Source: Trichinella spiralis (taxonomy: Eukaryota). Taken from it: a DNA stretch of 64,000 nucleotides. Location of the stretch: NCBI RefSeq assembly GCF_000181795.1, contig NW_003526941.1, forward strand, positions 5,247,053 through 5,311,052. Direction: 5' to 3'. Below, piece by piece: positions 58,301 to 64,000 of the stretch. The translations under genes and the position numbers were made by a program. The notes under the pieces were generated by a model that worked only from the letters and a program-made list of their open reading frames with translations, did not search any database and was not told where the DNA came from. The first letter of the stretch is position 1. Each line of letters begins with the position of its first letter.

Positions 58301-61300
58301 TACAAAAAGGAACACTTTCAATTCAATTTAACGGTACGCTTTTCACCGCAATTTACAATGCATAAAACAGAAATGCTTTTCTTGTTGAACAATTTCTCCA
58401 TATTATTTGCAAATTGTCTCTCAATGTTCCAACATATTAACCTATACAAAATTCGTAACAAAGTACAAAATCCAGTAATTTCTATTCAAAAATGACCACT
58501 GTTCAATCAGGCGGGATGTACAATATCGAACATTGTACCATCAGATACGTTTGTATTTGTTTCGCGTATAAATTACTTAAAAAAATAAAATCCCATATTT
58601 GTGCATTTTCATTTTTTTAAACTTGTACAAAAACTGAAATATGTGATTTAAAGAGATTTACCGTAATGTTGATAATGAGGTTTGATTTTTTTGTAAAAGC
58701 GTAAATTTCATTTCACTTCATCTTACACAATGTTTTGCATATATTTGTTTGCTTATGAGCGAAAATTTGTAAATACAAATTTTTTTCTTACTTAAATTGT
58801 TATTTTTTATAATATACGGTGATAATATTTAAGATTCTTGTTCGTGAATGCAGGAATGGTTTTTTGTTCATTTCATCACCATTTTATCTGTTTTCTGAAA
58901 AATAGTTCGAACGTAGATTAAAACTACACTTGAAATCTGAATATCTGAAAGGAATTGGAACTTTAATAGGATCAAAATTATCTGTGATGTTGAATTGATG
59001 TTTGTTAAAAGTGATATCTTCAATGAAAAACAGACAAACAAACAAACAAATTGGCTATTTTAAATTAAATTATCATCAGCAAATGCATGAGCTATGTGGT
59101 ATTGTTTGTTTGTTTTTTTTTCTTTGAATTGTTCGAATATAATTTTTGGTTAATAATTACTGATTGAAGTGAACTTTTCGATATTTTTCATAATATTGAA
59201 TTAAAATTTTGCCCTACTGAGCAACTTGTGATCAATTGCAAATTATTAAGACAAGCAAAGCAAGATTGGCTGAACTGAAACGTACTGAATTAATTACATG
59301 AATGATAATGAATAGATTAAATTACGTCATATTTATTATTAGATATTGCATTTTACTATTCTTTATGTTCGACTGAGTGCTGCTCACCATTGCCGAATCA
59401 TTTTAAGTAAATATTAAAAAATGCAAAGCGAGATATGAATTTTTAAAATTAAATTTTTTTTCATTTTACTCAATTTGACATTTAAATAAGCATTTCACGA
59501 AAGCCTAAAATTTCACACAACGTAGAAATATTCCATGACTAAACGTGATACTGGTAAACGATGCAAAAATTAGGTCTAAGTTGGAAAAAACACTCCACTA
59601 CCATTGTGCAGTATAGTAACTGACAAAGTAGTCTGTAGTGGATTTAATGGACCATAAGCTGCTGTCTCGACTAATTTCATACCGTTTTCCAGTTGGCTGC
59701 TTAATGTGTCCTTGCAAAATGAGTGAACTGTAGTTGAGAATAGTGAATTTCAAAAAATGCAGTGTCATTGGCACACAACACGCTCACGGCGTTAACGTTT
59801 TTCATTCCAACCCGGGCAAAAGTTTGGTCTAGAAAAAAAAACAGCAATGGGGCAAATTGCGTTGTGATGCATAAAGGAATAAACAGTTCAACAGTGTGAA
59901 GTTCTGGTAAAATTGGCTGTGTCCAAGCACAACATGACTGCTCGTTACGATTATCCGCTTGGTCGATGCTCGATGGCTTGGCCAGCAGGTGGAACAATGA
60001 AAACCCACCAGTGTCCTGTTGACGTGTGGAGAATTTAAATTGTCCCTTCAAAAGGTGCTAAGACAACTTTTTCGTTGGCCATTTATAATTTTTCTCTTCT
60101 ATTTAATCGACCAAGTTGAAGCATGCCAGGAAAAAAATAGAAAATTATAATAATTTTTAACTTTAAAATCTATTCAAGCGAATATCATCAGCAATCTGGA
60201 CCTGTCGTTTAAATTTTCCCTGATAATTTTATTCTCAATTTTTTTGTATTTTATTGTATTTTATTTTTTCTGATCCATTTCTCCATTATTTCTTTCATCA
60301 CTGCGCAAAAGTTGAATTTTTATTTTATAAAAATTTCAAACAACACAATAAATAACTCAAACTTCGATAAACTATCAAAAAATAACTTTATTGGGATATG
60401 TATTTGTCTTTTTTTAAATCACCGTTTATTTATTTATTTAGTTTGTAAGCGTTTATTAATTTCAATCGTAAAAAATTTTGCATTATCTGCAGCGGCAAAG
60501 AAATTTATTGATTACTTTTCATTGGTATAAAGCTTTAAATTATTTAACACTGAAGAAGATTGTTTTATTTCTGCAAAACAATTTTAAATTATGCACACAT
60601 ATTAGATTAGTTTGTTTTGAACGTTTTTTTGTTGAATTTTTCTTTGTATTTAATATTATTTTAAGTTTCACAAAATTATTTGTGTACTCGTAAAAAATCT
60701 ACTACAGTATGATGATTTCACATGATAAATTCATTTCAACAATGCATTATCACGTAATTATTTCCTGTCTGTTACTGCTAATGTTTTGTTGTACAAATGT
60801 TTGTTTTTACATTGATGAAAATTTCCAAAATGATAAAACATATGCATAATGAAGAAAAATTTACCAACCGTACCCGATGCTTATTACATTTTCGCGTAAT
60901 CTCCCCGAAATATAAGTGTTTTTTCACCGTAAAAGAATGAATTTAGCAACTTTTTAATTTGTTGTGTAAAAATGAAATTGGTATCATTCTAGAATAATAA
61001 TTTGTTTTGTTTGTGATTTTGTGTATTTGTGCTTGGATTATAAAACAAATTGAATGAACTGAAGATTTTTGCAGTCTTGTGAAAGCTACTTCTTAATCTT
61101 GATTGAACTGATAAGTATTTTTGGCAACTGTCACGATTGGTTGGTTCATTTCACTGTTGAAGCAATTGTTTTGAATAAAGGGTACGCATTGCATAATTGT
61201 GGTTTGCACTTTGGGCGGCAAAGGGCGGTCGATGATCAGTGTGCTGCAGTTTCGTTTTTTTTCCTAACATGAATCAGCTAAGTTAAATATTACCCCCTGC

Positions 61301-61750
61301 TGGATAATTGGCTTGTTTGTGGCGCAAAGTCGCCCTGACCTGATAGATAGCTGACCAGTACAAATGTTCCCTGACGACACCGTTGTTCCACTTAATCTTG
61401 ACACGTTTCCATTGAATTTTACAAAGCCGACTGATCATGGTGCCAATCGGATTACGCGTGGCCGCTGACAGCTGGCGTTGCTTTTCGCTGGCGAAGGCCT
61501 AGGCTAGGCGTTCTCCTTGGCCCGGATTACGGTAGTGATCCTCCGTTAGACAAAATAGACCCTCCTTCTGTCACTTCTACTTGTCCTTGGTGTATAGAAG
61601 TCAAAAAGCTGAAATTGCAATCATTTAGCTCAACACCAATCCATTCATCTTTTACTTATTCACAAATGACAATGTTGCAGATTATATAGTTTTAAAAAAA
61701 TTGTGCAAAGATAACTAGTCAAATGCATGATAAGTTTCCAAACTGCAGTT

Positions 61751-63657
61751 TCAAATCATTGTGGCGATGCTTCGGAAAACGCTGCTTCCGGTAGTTTGGT
61801 TTTCATTCTCTTCATGGGATGGTTTCACACGTTCGTGTAACTTTCGCAAATGCTTCTTCAGATCAAAATTTCGACAAAATCCTTTGCCACAAATATGACA
61901 CGTAAATGGCTTCTTTTCCTGATGAGTATGCATGTGGAATGTCAAATTGTAAACCTGGTGAAAAGCTTTTTGGCAAATGTGACACTTGAACGCTTTTTCA
62001 CCGTTGTGAGTCATTTTGTGATTTTTATAATTGCCTTTTTGATGAAAACCTTTGCCGCAAAATTCACAAACAAATGGCTTATAACCTAAAAATGACGATG
62101 AAAAAATTTTTTCCTTTCGAATGGCTGTGCATTTACCTAGATGAATTCTGGCGTGCGTATTGAGTGTGGAGCTTCGATTGAAAGCTTTGCCGCATGTCTG
62201 ACACTTGTGCGGCTTTTCATGGGTGTGAATAATTTTATGACGACACAATGTGCTCGCTTGACGAAATCCTTTGCCACACATCTGAAATGTAGAATTTTCA
62301 CATTTAACAACAACTATGCGTGTTTGATAACAATTTCAGCATATTATCATTCGTGTTAAAATAGCTGTATGTTTGTGTAAGTTAATCTAGCAGAATAGCT
62401 GAAATGAAAATTGGCACTAATTTACAATGTTAATTTTATACCATATGTAAAGTAATATCAATTAGTTTACCAATGATGATTATTTTGATCAAAATTTTTG
62501 CTACATTTTAAGCTTTTAATTAACGTTTTGACGTTTACCTGATCAATGATTAAGCAAAGACGGTTTTTATGCTTTATGCTTCTAGTTTATCGAATTATCA
62601 TTATCGAAATTTATATGATAACAAAATGAGCAAACTCATTTATGAAATTTATAATTTTATTGCTGCAAATAAAGAGAGTAAATTAATCAGTGAGGTATAT
62701 TAGCATAGCATATATATGTGATGTCAATTTGTAAATTTTAAAAACTAATAAAAAGCTCATCATTATTACAGGTTGGCAGAGATGTTAATGGGTTGATCAT
62801 CGGTTTATTTTTTTATTTAATTACTGATTTAAGTATTGATGAACTTGGTAAAATTATTGAAAATATTAAATAGCACAGAGTAGTTAAGGCTTTAAAGTAA
62901 TAAACAGAGGTGTTTTTACTGAAATAAGGAAACAAAATTTTACCTTGCACACAAATGGTCTGGCGCCAGTATGCACTGGCATGTGGCGCATCAAGTTGTA
63001 ATGAGCGTTGAAAACTTTTCCACAGTCAGGACAAACGAATGTTTTTGTCTTCGCCTGTTGCTGTTGAGTAGTTGGTGAATTTCTTTTTGGCGATGCTTTG
63101 CTCGTTGAAGCAACAGATTTCTGCTCTTGAGAATTTTCAGTCTGAATTTCGGCTGGTATTTGGTTCGATTCTACTTGTTGATTTATTGTTGCATCAACTC
63201 TCGGTGAGCTCATATGCGACTGTCTTTCTTCTAATTCTTTTGGTTCTTCTATGGCTAATTGTAAATATGGATGATAACCGGTTGAAAGGATTGGGACTGG
63301 CTTTGTGCCAGTAGCGGCTGCTACGGCTGCTGCTGCGAATACATTATTCATCACCCACAGTGGATACAAAGCATCTGAATTAGGAAGAGATGGCCAAATA
63401 CCAGGCTGAGGAACTGTGGGATTCCAAAGGCGAGGTATTGCTTGCTGTTGACTGTAAACAATCCACTGTTCACCAATTTTTCTTTGCTCTTGAAAATGTA
63501 CTTGGTTTAACTGCTGCTGGTGAAGCTGTAGTTGTAACTGCAGTTGTAGCTGTTGATATTGTTGCTGCTGCTGCTGTTGATATTGTTGTTGCTGTTGTTG
63601 CTGTGTAGGATCAGGCTGCATGAGTCTTGATACAGAAAAAGATAACGTCTCGTTCAT
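61751..63657 (-). CDS. fezf-1: Fez-family C2H2 zinc-finger transcription factor (Fezf/earmuff)
   Basis: Exons 63657-62944, 62281-62137 and 62085-61751. N-terminal eh1-type motif LSFSVSRLM, a poly-Q tract and six fingers including [35 protein letters not shown] and [10 protein letters not shown]. Confidence 0.95.
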
Positions 63658-64000
63658 TTTCTCTAACAACTCGCAATCCAACTCACACGAGCGTTGCCAC
63701 GACCATATGACGATCAAGTGATCAGACCTGAAGCAGCGCAGTGCGAGGCGGGCCATCATGCAAATAACTGACCAATCAGCGTTTGCGCTGGTACAGTAGG
63801 AGGCCGGCTGTGGAATAACCAACGAGGAATCAGTGTCGATCGACAAATATGAAATATGATTCTCTACATTGTTTGAGGTCTCCACGTGACCATTACGTAA
63901 ACATCACACAACAGGCATTTTTCGATATCAGCACTTTCTAAATTACTTGAAGACTTCAATTTTCAAAAGCTTTTTTCAAGAAACAACTTCTTGTTTTAAA

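Noticed and set aside
63658..63885. N-terminal extension of the Fezf ORF in the ORF track
   Set aside because: It starts at a non-ATG codon and has no recognisable similarity; the Met just before the eh1 motif (63657) is the more plausible start.

Overview
AT-rich eukaryotic draft-assembly sequence with eight N-gaps (677-686, 3195-3530, 37269-37278, 37776-38313, 43154-43329, 45991-46000, 49072-49655, 53071-54027). Short introns (about 50-100 nt), gene content and base composition suggest a nematode, probably Trichinella-like; this is an inference. A single-copy core at about 13.4-33.5 kb holds six spliced or single-exon genes: Tim17 (+), L-asparaginase with ankyrin repeats (-), eIF2-beta (+), JNK (+), PDCD5 (+) and SET/TAF-I (+). 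A Fez-family zinc-finger gene lies at the right end (-). The core is bracketed by the same two repeat families. Family A is a 665-bp tandem unit plus a duplicated short exon. Family B is a cassette of at least 6.5 kb: an exon-like body, then a repeat array punctuated by 24-31 nt GT-AG segments, then a satellite built from the 5' splice-site consensus AGGTAAGT, then GCC palindromes with octamer motifs. The right-hand family-B contigs appear mis-ordered or mis-oriented in the scaffold. The splice-signal-dense family-B cassette is the most unusual unexplained structure. I found no rRNA, tRNA, CRISPR array or transposase ORF that I could support.
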